Translations under genes and position numbers: made by a program
From: Octopus sinensis
Taxonomy: Eukaryota
Length of the DNA: 64,000 bases
Assembly: GCF_006345805.1 (NCBI RefSeq)
Contig: NC_043002.1
Location: 68,572,001-68,636,000 of the forward strand
Direction of reading: 5' to 3'
Shown: one piece after another, positions 38,201-50,559 of the stretch
Position numbering within the stretch: the first letter of the stretch is position 1
How the letters are laid out: every line of letters begins with the position of its first letter
Notes under the pieces: generated by a model
Seen by the model: only the letters and a program-made list of their open reading frames with translations
The model's database searches: none
What the model was told of the DNA's origin: nothing

Positions 38201-39638
38201 CTGGAAAATAAAGAATGTTAGACTGTATAAAATAGACATTTCCTAATATCCCATCCCTCTGCCTGTGCCCATCCACCACACCCCCTTCTATCTCTCACTC
38301 TCTCCAATTCCCAGTCACATCTTCACTGTCTTCTCTTTCTCCACCTGAGATAACCATGTTTCTCCTCCAATGCAAGACACCTTCTCCAGTTCCTCAATAC
38401 AACTCCCTCCCTCTCAGAGAAGTCTTGTCTTGCAAGTTACTTGGTGACCTTGCTGTCGCTGGTGCCATGTAAAAAGCAACCAGTACATTCTGTAAAGTGG
38501 TTCGTGTTAGGAAGGGCATCCAACTGTAGAAACCATGCCAAAGCTGACAGCAGAGCTTGGCACAGTCTTCTGACTTCCCAGTTCCTATTGAACCATCCAA
38601 CCCATACCAGCATGAAAAACAGACGTTAAATGATGATGATGACTAAGTAATTCCAAATAGAAATTCACGGCTGTCATACTGACTTTTAAGGCTAGTTATT
38701 GTGATGTCTTTAAACTGTTGTTATGTTGAGTTACTGATCAACACATTAAACTCTTAATGGTTTATTTTCAGCTGTAAACAATTATTCTTTTCAACTCTAG
38801 GCACAAGACCTAAAATTTTGGAGGAGGGAGCCAGTCAATTAGATTGAGACCAGTACACAACTGGTACCCCCAAAAAGCAAAGTCGACCTGGGTGGAATTT
38901 GAACTCAGAACAGAAAGACAGACATGCTAATGTTTCTGCCAGCTTGCCGCCTTCCAGCTGCCAACAATTATTATAAACTTCAACTACTAGTTGCAATGCC
39001 TGCTATGTTTCTTTCTCTAAACACACAAAAATAAAATTAATATCTTCCAAACCCCATATTGCTTAAGAGTTATCAATTTTAAATCACAAACATTTATTTG
39101 AGTCATCATCATCATCACTGCTTAACGACTGTTTTCGATGCTGGCATGGGTTGGATGGTTTGACTGAGGTCTGGAGAGTCAGTGGCTGCACTAGGCTCCA
39201 ATCTGACCTGGCAATGTCTCTTTACAGCTGGATGCCCTTCCTAACACCAACCACTCCAAGAGTGTAATGGGTGAATTTTATGTGCCACTGGCACAGGAGC
39301 CAGTCAGGTGGCCCTGGCATCGATCACATTTGGATAGTGCTTTTTACATGCCACCAGCACGAGAGCCAGTCAGGGGGTACTGGCATTGGCCACATTCGGA
39401 TGGTGCTTTTTACATACCACCAACACGGGAGCCTGCCAAGGGGCACTGGCCACAGCTACGATATTGGTTTTACTTGACACAACAGGTCTTCTCAAGTATA
39501 TCATATTGCATGATGCATGAGGGGTACACTTAACTGGTCTGGACATGCGTGGTTGCAATCTTACTTTACTTTATCTTTAGCCATTTAGTTTATTTTAATG
39601 TATATCAGCCATAATGATGTTTGAACACTTACCTACAT

Positions 39639-40289
39639 CAGTGGTTCTCAACCATATTTTGCCAATTTAATTTTGCCCTTTAATTCCTATATTTTACTCT
39701 ATTGGATCCCATAAGCATTCAATGTTGAAATAAAATCTTATTAAATTTTTATAATTAAATATTAGTAGGGAATGTATAAAAAATTTTTTTAATATTTTCT
39801 GTGTTGTAGGAGTATAACTAACTTATTGCACATAAATTTTAACAATAGGCACAGGAGTGGCTGTGAGGTAAGTAGCTTGCTTACCAACAACATGGTTCCT
39901 GGTTCGTTCCCACTGCGTGGCACGTTCTATTATAGCCTCGGGCCGACCAAAGCTTTGTGAGTGGATTTGGTAGATGGAAACTGAGAGAAGCCCGTCGTAT
40001 ATATGTATATATATATATGTGTGTGTGTGTGTGATGTGTGTGTATGTTTGTGTGTCTGTGTTTGTCCCCCACAACATCGCTTGACAAGCGATGGTGGTGT
40101 GTTTACGTCCCCCGTAACTTAGCGGTTCGGCAATAGGAGACCGATAGAATCAGTACTAGGCTTACAAAGAATAACTCCTAGGGTCAATTTGCTCGACTAA
40201 AGGCGGTGCTCCAGCAAGGCCGCAGTCAAATGACTGAAACAAGTAAAAGAGTAATAGAATTTTATATGGACCCCGGTTCAGAACCACTG
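39639..40289. mobile_element. hAT MITE of the 57250 family containing an inserted SINE
   Basis: cagtggttctcaacc ... ggttcagaaccactg; SINE at 39848-40255 inside. Confidence 0.7.
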
Positions 40290-40439
40290 GCCTTACTGAA
40301 CTTGAATTATTTACACATGAATACAATTAGAAAATGAGCTTGGACTAAGGGAGATAACTTCACAAGTCATAAACACTCAGCACCTCTATCGCTTTCATTT
40401 TACTCTCTTTTCTCCAATAACCGACTGTACTGTTGGTAT

Positions 40440-42700
40440 AAAATCATAGCTAGCAGAAACTTACATCAGAAGTATCTTGCCTTTCAGAACTTCAGTGAAA
40501 GCAATGCTGTTTCTTCTAGCATCAGCAAAGCCTTTGACTGTGTCTGACAACAGAACTTCATAGCTATAGACTATCTATCTCTTATGTCTTGAACCAGAAG
40601 TTTCCAAACTGCTATACCACTGTGTATTGACAGGACTATTTCTGAGAAGACATTCTATCAACTTCACACTAGACCAATGTTCAATTATGTCTTTGATATT
40701 CTTCCTTCAGCATCATCCACGTACAAGCTCAATACTTCATATTCTGTGACTATTAACAGAAACTTTAAAACCTCAAAAACATCCTGCAACAGGGACAACA
40801 ATTTCTTTCAGTAATTTAATATAATCGCTGCACATAAAGAGGTAGCAAATTAGCCAAGACAATTAGAGTATTGGACAGACTGCATTGTGGTATTTATTCC
40901 AGCTCTTCACAATCTGAGTTCAAATCCCATTAAGGTTAATCTTGCCTTTCATCCTTTCAGGGTTGATTAAAAAAAAAAGTATCAATCTAGGACAGTAGAT
41001 TGAGAAAACTGTAGGAAGGTCAACCAAATGCTTTGCAATATCTGTTTCAGCTAAGGTGGTAAGCCTTAGGCCCAGGAAAACATGGGATGAGGTGGTGAAG
41101 CATGACCTTTGAATGTTAGGCCTTACAGAGGTAATGACAAGAGACCAAGACCTTTGGAGATATGGTTTGATTGAGAAAAACCCGGCAAGGAAAGTGAGAT
41201 CGCAGCAGTGGCCAATACCAGTGTTGGATAACCGGCTCATTTAAAAATATCCTTCAATCATCGGGTGATAAGCTATGCTTGAGACCTGTTGAGTCAAGTG
41301 AAATCATAGTCGTGGCCAATGCCAGTGCCACCTGACTGGATCCCTGTGCTAGTGGCACATAATAAGCACTATTCAAGCATAGGTCGATGCCAGTGCTGCC
41401 TGACTGGCTCCCTGTGCTGGTGGCCCGTAAAAAGCACCCACTACACTCTAGGAGTGGTTTGCGTTAGGAAGGGCATCCAGCTGTAGAAACCTTACCAGAT
41501 CAGATTGGAGTCTGGTGCAGCCTACTAGCTTGCCAGTCCTCAGTCAAACCGTCCAACCCATGACAGCATGGAAAACGAACGTTAAACGATGATGATGATG
41601 ATGATGTTTCAGCTAAGGCGGTAAGCTGGCAGAATCGATATTGCACCAGACAAAATCCCTAGCAGTATTTCATCCCTCTTGAAATCCTGAGTTCAAATAA
41701 CATTGAGGTCAACTTTGCCTTTCATCTTTTGGGAGGTGGGGGGCGATAAAATAAGTACCAGTTGATCTCTGGGATTGATGTAAACAACTTAGCCCATCCC
41801 CGAAAATTGCTGACCTTGTGCCAAAATTTGAAACCAATATGTTTCAGCTATTGGTATTTTGACAGCAACACTTGTGATGATACAAGAACCCAGTTGTATT
41901 GGCACACATATGTGGTCTTCCCTTTGGATAAATATCCTTTTCTACTCAAGGCATATTTTGGGGGAAGGGGCCAGTCGATTAGAACGACCCTAGTATGCAA
42001 CTGGTACTTAATTTATCGACCCCGGGAGGATGAAAAGTAAAGTTGACCTTGGCGGAATTTGAACTCAGGATGTAAAGACAAACGAAATACTGCTAAGCAT
42101 TTCGCCCGTTGTGCTAACGCTTCTGCCAGCTCGCCGCCTTCTTTTGGATAAATATCAGTGGCACAAAGAGGGAAGACTTGTAGGTATGGGAAACCACCTG
42201 TCTTCTTCAACAAAATCTTCGACAGGCCTACATATACATGTGCAGATGCATGGTTAACCTTGAGCAACAAAGGCCCTATTACTAACAATGCAAATAAAAT
42301 GCCTGAAACTTGCTATAACAGCCAGGTTTCACAATTTTTCATATCTCACAACTTTACATAACGTTGTCAGTATGTTGTTCCAAAGATTATAGTCTCCTCT
42401 TCAGGACCAGGAAATGTGTGCTAACATATTTATAGAGCTTAAATGTGGCCCACATCAGAACAATGATCACTTATTTTGGATGTTTCTGCTTCACTCGTAG
42501 ACACCTCAGATCACATTCAAAAGAAAGTTATTCAACTGATTGGCAATGACTCAGTAACCACGATGCTTTGATCAATCACTCAAAAATGCTCTGTTTCTTC
42601 TCTGCACCACTACCAACTACCCCAGTTGCTTGTATTCTGAACTAGTAATTTTCATTCCACATTCAAATCATTCAAATCAACCCAGCCAATATTTCCACTT
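40440..42700 (+). mobile_element. Old LINE RT relics interrupted by younger insertions
   Basis: ISKAFDCV-like at about 40520 and relics of the RT 3' region at 42400-42600; heavily decayed. Confidence 0.4.
41065..41604 (+). mobile_element. 5'-truncated RTE LINE (ORF2 end, 3' UTR, (GAT)n tail) with a 22-bp target-site duplication
   Basis: RPRKTWDEVVKHDL*MLGLTEVMTRDQDLWRY; flanked by tgtttcagctaagg(t/c)ggtaagc at 41043-41064 and 41605-41626. Confidence 0.85.
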
Positions 42701-43589
42701 CTCCTGTAATCATCATTAATATATCTCAAATCCTAATCTGACACTAAAAAGCCTCCGAAGTATCTTGTAATATTTTTTTATGTACTTCTCCTACAACTGT
42801 TCAAACAAAACAATAACATTATTAGTCCCACTAAAAGAAGCTACAAATAATGAATATTGTCGTTAGAGCGACTAGACAATATCAAAAAAAAATCCGATAA
42901 GGGAGGCAACTCCAGTTTTTATAAGAGTAAACGTCATCATGTGTACGTCTGCCTACCAGTCAATTTATAATCTTATTAACTGAGAAAATTAATAAATAAT
43001 AAGATTATATTAAATTATATATACCCTACTTTTACATATCTCCTTCTTTCTCTTATTTATATATAAAAAAAGAAGTCAAATGAACTTTACAAAGAACATC
43101 TTAATTTCTTTAATTGAAGTGTTTTACATCTAATTTAAATTTCCTATATCTTGCATGTGCGTGTGTGTGAGTAGTTAATGATTCACAGGTATGAGAATAC
43201 ATGTCTAACCGATCAAGCGTCCAAATCTGGCCGATTGGACGTGTATATGCAACTTTGAATAATTAAGTTGTGAGTCAATAAATGCTTACCTAAACGCTTC
43301 ATAGTACACTCGCTGCTCTTCTCTTTCATTTTGCATATATAGACGTGTGTGTATGTGAGTTGGTGTGTACATGCATATATTCGTTCGATTTACGTCCATT
43401 TTTCTATGCTTACATAGGTTAGATGAATATATTATTGAAGCGTTGTTTTACAGATGGATGCTCATTCTATTACTAACCCTTACTGTTCTTTTAGGGATCT
43501 TTTATTCCACATGCCTACAAAGGCTTAAAATGGGTGGGCAATTTGCTGACAGAAGTCATAACAGACAGACATGCACACACGCGCATATA

Positions 43590-44591
43590 TCTATATATAT
43601 AAAACTGTAGTTGTGTGAGTGTCTGTCCCCTTCGATTTAGATTCCTAACTACTCCCACATTTTGCGGTGCAGTTTAACCAAATTCGGGTATCTTATAGTC
43701 GTGATTCATATCGAGCCCGTCTGGGTATTAGCGCGCGTCTACGATGAGTCTACGATTTTAAAAATAATTTAACATCATTTTTTATTCCATTTTAATGCAT
43801 ATTTTTTCGTGTGTCGATGGAGGCGGAGTTGGCGTCCACGCTCACATCTGCACCTGTGTTGCTTCTCCCCCTTCTTCCCTCCCTCGTGAAGCTGTGGGGA
43901 AAGGAGTGTAAGGAAATCAACGTCGTAATGCGTTGTCAAGGAGACCAGCGTTCTTTTAGAACAACGACTTTATGGCTTGAAGTCGCCAAAACAGAAATCG
44001 CTAAAAAAGCTGAAACAGATCCACAAAAACGGCAATTACCGCCACACAGGGCAGGTTTCCTGTGCAAACAATTTGCACAACCGAATGTTTTAGTTGTTGC
44101 ACAAATCTTTATATATAAAAGTAAGGTTGTGTGTCTGTCTCCTACGATTTAGATTCCTAACTACTCCCACATTTTGCGGTGCAGTGTAACCAAAACCGGG
44201 TATCTTATAGTCGTGATTCATATCGAGCCCTTCTGGGTATTAGCGCGCGTCTACGATGAGTCTACGATTTTTAAAAAATTTACCATCATTTTTTATTCCA
44301 TTTTAATGCATTTTTCGCTATTATATAAGGGAAGTAACTCTCTAAAAATGTCTACGATGAGTCAACGATTTAAAAAAAAATTACCATCATTTTTTATTCC
44401 ATTTAATGCATTTTTCGCTATTATATAAGGGAAGTAACTCTCTAAAAATGTCTACGATGAGCCAACGATTTAAAAAAAAATTACCATCATTTTTTATTCC
44501 ATTTTTAATGCATTTTTTGCTATAACTCACTAAAAATGCTTATATAGTTATTTCCCTTACAAATCCGAGCAACGCCAGGCGATACTGCTAG
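43590..44591 (+). mobile_element. Non-autonomous Helitron, composite (two 5' termini)
   Basis: A|TCTATATATATAAAAC start; second TC..TATATATAAAAG block at 44106; 3' hairpin ccgagcaacgccaggc then CTAG|T; internal tandem units of about 100-120 bp. Confidence 0.85.
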
Positions 44592-44682
44592 TATATTATA
44601 CATACATATATGCCTTATGAGTAAATTTGCTAGACGGAAACAAAAGAAGCCTGTAGTGTATGTATGTGTAAGTACATATATG

Positions 44683-44724
<42 letters not shown>

Positions 44725-45298
44725 TACATATATATCATCATCATTTTACGTCCGTTTTCCATGCTAGCAATGGTTGGACAGTTCGACAGGGGTCTGGGAA
44801 GCCAGGAGGCTGCACCAGGACCCAATCTGATCTGGCAGTGTTTCTACAGCTGGATGCCCTTCCTAACGCCAACCACTCCGAGAATTTAGTGGATGCTTTT
44901 ACGTACCACCAACACGAGGGCCAGTCAGGCGGTTCTGACAACAGCCACGCTCAAAAGGTGTTTTTACGCGCTACTTGCAAGGGAGCCAGTCTGGCAACAA
45001 CAATGCTCAAAAGTTTTTCACATGCCACCAGGCAATGCTGGCAACAACGACACTTGAATCGTTCTTTACACGTGTCACCGGCATGGGAACCAATCCATGG
45101 CCTTGGCAACAATCACACTCAAATGTGCTTTTAACGTTCCACTGGCATGAGTGCCAATCAGGCGATACTGTCATCAGCCATGCCAGCAATTTTGATTTGT
45201 TTACACTTGCCTCAATAGGTCTTCGCAAAAAAAGTTCATTGCCCAGTGAATGAGGGGTACTCATAAGTGGGCCAGTTACACCCTACGTTCAGATGTGC

Positions 45299-45351
<53 letters not shown>

Positions 45352-46716
45352 TACATATACATATATTCAGGTGTGGCCATGTGGTTAAGTAGCATGCTTC
45401 TCGACTATGTGGTCTTGGTTCAGCCCCACTGCATGGCAACTGGAGCAAGTGTTACTTATTTTAGTCAGCTTGCAGCTGTACAGGCCTAATAGTATATGCT
45501 TACATAGTACACAGCTGACCAAATCCTTTTGAGTGGATTTGGTAGATGGAAACCGAGAGAAGTTCATTGTAAATATGTGTGTGTGTATTTGCAAGTAAAT
45601 ACATTTATGTTTGTCTCCTTAACAAACATATGCTCCATACAAGCAGTGTCATTCATTTCCGATATCCTGCTGAAACAGGTCTAACCATGGGAAAATAACA
45701 CCTTGCTAGAAAACAGGTGAAGGTTGATAATAAAGTTTATTCAGTCATAGAAAATCTGTCTCAACAGATTCTGCCTGACCCATGAAAGCATGGAAAAGTG
45801 AATGTTAAATTATGATGATAATGATGACGACATCCATTGTACTTATTCCTTTTGTAACTGTTGAACTTTATACTTAGAGAAATTGTATGACTAATGACAA
45901 TTGATGAAATACACTTAAAAACACTCAACTCTGATAAAAGAAAATTTTTTTAAAATTACAAAACTGTTTACAAATAACAATAATTAGATAACACTTTAAT
46001 ATATCCTGCTCATTTTAACATCTTCTTAGTGAAATTTTCTAATCATGTATTTAAAAGATTTATTATTCACAAGGTACAAAGCCACGCTTGAATGGTGCTT
46101 TTTATGTGCCACCGGCATGGGAGCCAATCTGTGGCCCTAGCAAAAATCACGCTCAGATGAGCTTTTAACGTTCCACTGGCATGAGTGCCAATCAGGCGGT
46201 ACTGTCATCGGCCATGTCAGCAATTTTGATTTGATTTCACTTGCTTCAATGGGTTTTCGCAAGCAAAGTTTATTGTTCAATGAATGAGGGGTACACATAA
46301 GCGGACTGGTTACACCCCCACACTCGGATGTGCTTTTAATGTTCCACTGGCATGAGTGCCAATCAGGCAATACTGTCATTGGCCATGTCAGCGGCAGCCT
46401 TCTGGCTCACCAGTCCTCAGTCAAACCATCTAACCCATGCCAGCATGGAAAGCGGACGTTAAACGACGACGATGATGATGTACAAAGCCACCTTATCCTA
46501 AAATATAGTATAGTCAAGAAATTCATCGACAATGCAATACTGTTAATTATTTTATTGGTATAAAATGAAAGGCAGTTGATTTGTACGTTGGACAGCAAAA
46601 CATCTCCAATAGTTCCAGTTTCGAGCAAAATCATCTGCACCTGCCCAGGTGATGCTATGTTGCTTCAGATCTTTGAAGGTGGTGCACCATGCCTTTCTTC
46701 CTTCAATCCTCTAGAT

Positions 46717-46890
46717 CAGTGCTCTGCAACCTTTTTTTCATTTGCGGTACACTTATATTCTTTTCAAAATTTGGGAGCACACCTGAACTAACAGTACAGG
46801 AAAAAACTTATATTCAGGTTACACTGTGACACACCTAGCATCGTTTCATGGCATACCAGTGTGCTGTGGCATAATAGTTGTGGAGCACTG
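46717..46890. mobile_element. hAT MITE
   Basis: TIRs cagtgctctgcaac / gttgtggagcactg; 8-bp TSD ctctagat / ctctagag. Confidence 0.8.
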
Positions 46891-46904
46891 CTCTAGAGGT
46901 ACTC

Positions 46905-47410
46905 ATTGTATAGCTGTCCTGAGTATTCATTCTTCTGACAGTCAGAAAACATGACCTATAAGTCTCCCTATTCTTTCTGCCACAAACTCCTGAAGGCTGC
47001 ACAGAGTGAGTCTTCTGAGGACTTCAGAGTTTGTGATTCTGCTCCTGTAGATGAATTGGAGTATTCTGCAAACACTATTAGTAGAATGTTTTCAAGCTCT
47101 GAGTGATCTCAGCAGTTATTTTCCTGCAAAAACTGCTGTTTGCAGGACAATGCTCTGGTACAGCAGGATCTTCATACAGTTGCTAATCAAAGTGCTAGCT
47201 CACATCTTGTTCATTCCTCTGAGCTCTGCTGCTGCATGCTCTACTCTGAAATTGACAATTGCCTCAGTATCCCTCCTCTGTTGCAATAATGCTACTCAGG
47301 TAGTTGAAGTTGGTGACATTTTCAAAAGGTTATTGATTCATAAAAATTTGCATCTCTCCTTACACACTGGCCTGCATCACCTTAGTTTTCCCAGAGTTGA
47401 CCCTTAGACC
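46905..47410 (-). mobile_element. Degenerate RTE LINE RT fragment
   Basis: Minus strand shows KTKVM and relics of F-x-YL-x-S-I; the plus-strand ORF 47051..47407 is its antisense shadow. Confidence 0.6.
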
Positions 47411-48934
47411 AACTTTAACCATTGTTGTGGAGGCACATGGCCTTGTGGTTAGAGCAGCAGACTCGCGGTCGGGGGATCGCAGGTTCGAATCTCAGACCGG
47501 GTGATGTATGTGTTTATGAGCGAAACACCTAAGCTCCACGCAGCTCCAGCAGAAGGTAATGGCGAACTTCTGCTGACTCTTTCGACACAACTTTCACTCT
47601 TTCCTCTTGCATCTCACCTGCAATGGACCGGCGTCCCATCCAGGTGGGGAACCTATACACCAAGGAAACCGGCCCTTATGAGCCACGCATGGCTCGAGAA
47701 GGAACAAACATTGTTTTAGCCAATCTGATCATCATTTGCTGGTGCACAGAATGTGGAATCTGTCTAGAGTGCATTGTGGGGATGCAGTAAAATGTCCTCA
47801 ATAAATACTGAAAAGCCACTAGTCTGTTTCTCTACCATCTAAGCAATGTCATGCCAGTCTCCTTATTTCTCTCATTCTCCAATTCATAAACATGTTTATT
47901 ATCCTATAAATCACGTTGTCCATTACATTGGCCTTCCACAACTTATCTGACTACTTCCTGCTCTTATCAAAATATTTGATATGACGTTAATTTATTTGAA
48001 ATATCTTCGAATTTAATTAACTGATTAATGTCTATCGATGACACTGAGTGCATGTCCAACCACATGATGTCAACAATAGAGTCAAGGCAAAAATACTTTA
48101 GGCAAGAAATTCTGTATGATGCTAAATACACATATGATTAAGCAATGAAACTGAAAGATAAAAAAACTTCTCTAAGAGTATTTCAAATCTGGAGAAGAAA
48201 AGAATGCAACAGAGATAACTTCAATTATAAAAGTTAATCTAAATCTTTTGAAAATAAAGACAATGTACTTAGGATTGGATCTCGTCTTTAAAGCCAAATG
48301 GGGAAAACAGTCATGTTTCAATCTTTTTATATACATGTACACTCATACACATATATACATACACTCACACACATCATTATCATTGTTTAATGTCCTTCTT
48401 CTATGCTGGCATGGGTTGAATGGTTTGACAGGAGCTGACCAGACAGAAGCCTGTATCATACCTCTGTGTTTGCTTTGGCATGGTTTTTATGGTTGGATGC
48501 CCTTCCTAACACCAACCACCTTGCAGTGTGGGCTTAGTGCATTTTACGTGGAATCAACACTGGCAGGGTCACCAAGTAACTTGCAAGACAAGAAATCTTT
48601 GAGAAGGGATGGGGCATTGGAGGAGGTGATCTTGTGTCAGATGATGAATGGTTAGAGTGTGGTAGAGAGACAGAAACAGGTGTCTTGCTGTAGAAGAGGT
48701 ACATGGTTACCTGGGGAGAGAGAGTTAACAAGAAAGAAGGCAGGTGTATGTGTGTGTGTGTGTGTGTGTGTGTATATAAATATATATATATATCACGTGA
48801 TCACGTGACTGGCCAGACAATCAGATGTTGCTGCACATCGCAGGTCACAATGCGTTCGCATTGTTTTAGCCTTCGAACGACGCCACCCCGCTGGCTAAGC
48901 GAGTAGGCCAAAAAAAAAAATATATATATATATA

Positions 48935-49140
48935 CTGTGAAAATAATAAGGGTAGAAAATTTAGAGAAATTTTCCAACTGGTGGCCAGCATGCATAATAA
49001 AGTCAATAAACAACATATTTTTCATATAAAATAGTGTACAAATAATTTACGTATTTATATGTTGTCTATTGACTTTATTACGCATGCTGGTCACCAGTAG
49101 GAAAATTTATCTAAATTTTCTACCCTTACTTTTTTCACAG
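48935..49140. mobile_element. Foldback MITE with TA target
   Basis: TA|ctgtgaaaataataagggtagaaaatttag ... ctaaattttctacccttacttttttcacag|TA; inverted arms of about 85 nt. Confidence 0.75.
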
Positions 49141-49518
49141 TAACATTTTTGTAGTTTTGAAGCCCTTTGGTACGCAGTTTTAGTTTGTTTATTATCATTT
49201 GCTGCCGAATGTAACTGCGCTTGCACAGTGGATTTGAAAATTATAATGTATAAGTATGTAGCACGTGCATTTGCAGTGCTGCATAAATATGCATTAATTT
49301 TAGCACCCTTACTGAAGAAGCATGGATGGCAAATTAATTTATTTGCACATTGTTGCAGAAACTTGAGTCTAAGGGTAACTACAAAAATATTTTTATTTTC
49401 ATTCCCTTTGAAATTACTCTTATTCGTGGTTTGGGCCTTAACTGCCCTTTCTAGTATGTAAGGTGTCCTGTTAAAGGTCACCTCTTTTGTGTAAAAATAT
49501 GTAAATTATTTCTGCATA

Positions 49519-49552
<34 letters not shown>

Positions 49553-49707
49553 CCGAAATTGCGAGGATGATCTGGTTCTTGACTGAAGATAAAAGGCTTC
49601 GAATGACCCGTCTGTGTTTTTTGTATTGCCTATCTGGATGTTTTGTTGTCCCATTTTGTATCACCTAGTTGTCCGGATGTTTTGCGTTCTTGTCCCATTT
49701 TGTATTT

Positions 49708-49779
<72 letters not shown>

Positions 49780-50524
49780 GTTTCTGATAATCATGCAAAA
49801 GAGAAAAAAAGAGTTCCTCTCTTACACATCTTCAGTTAAGACACATGTATATATAAACATACTTATATGTATATAGATATTTATATCTATGTACATATCA
49901 TCATCATTTAATGTCCGTTTCCATGCTGGCATGGTTTGGATGGTTAGACGGAAGCTTACAAGCCAGGGAGCTGCACCAGGCTCCAAATGTCTGTTTTGGC
50001 ATGGTTTCTATGGCTGGATACCCTTCCTAATATCAACCATTTTACAGTGTGAATTGGGTGTTTTAATGTGGAACCAGCTCACTCACATAAGAATACATGT
50101 CTTATGGAAGCATTCTAAATGCTAAAGATACAAATTGTAGAATCTCGCTCGTGTACTACAGTGAATTGAAAAACTTTGAGAATATCATTGTAATTAAAAG
50201 ACAGAAAACACTTACTTAAAGGTGTTTAAAATCTCAAGAGAAACAAGGGGGAAAATTCCAAAAATAATAGCTAATCCAAATTTTCAGAAATTAAAGACAA
50301 TACAATTAAGAGATGAACGCCACCTAATTAGAAGAATAATTTTCATGAATCAAAGTTTTTTTTTTCTTTTCTCACTCACAATATTATACATATGGAACTC
50401 TACCACATCTGTATTTAGAATGCAGAATTGCTCTCCTGGAGTATTTTCTTTCAGTCCTATTCCTGCTATTTCTTCATATACTGATCACTTCCTAAGTTTA
50501 ACCAACTGTGGTGAATATGCTCCA

Positions 50525-50559
50525 CTGATGAAACCTTGTTAGGTTGAAACAGATCTGTT
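50525..50559 (+). ncRNA. Degenerate type I hammerhead ribozyme-like core (Penelope-associated)
   Basis: CTGATGA-[AACCT tgtt AGGTT]-GAAA-palindromic helix III (ACAGATCTGT)-T; helix I no longer pairs. Confidence 0.45.

Noticed and set aside
39625-39640. Strong minus-strand donor GTAG|gtaagt
   Set aside because: The upstream sequence is the TIR of a hAT MITE and no open exon is formed.
42720-42990. Possible MTBP exon downstream of the 43290 donor
   Set aside because: Every acceptor tested leads to an in-frame stop before any usable donor.
49585-49620. Second hammerhead candidate CTGAAGA...CGAAT
   Set aside because: The GAAA core is broken and there is no convincing helix II or III.
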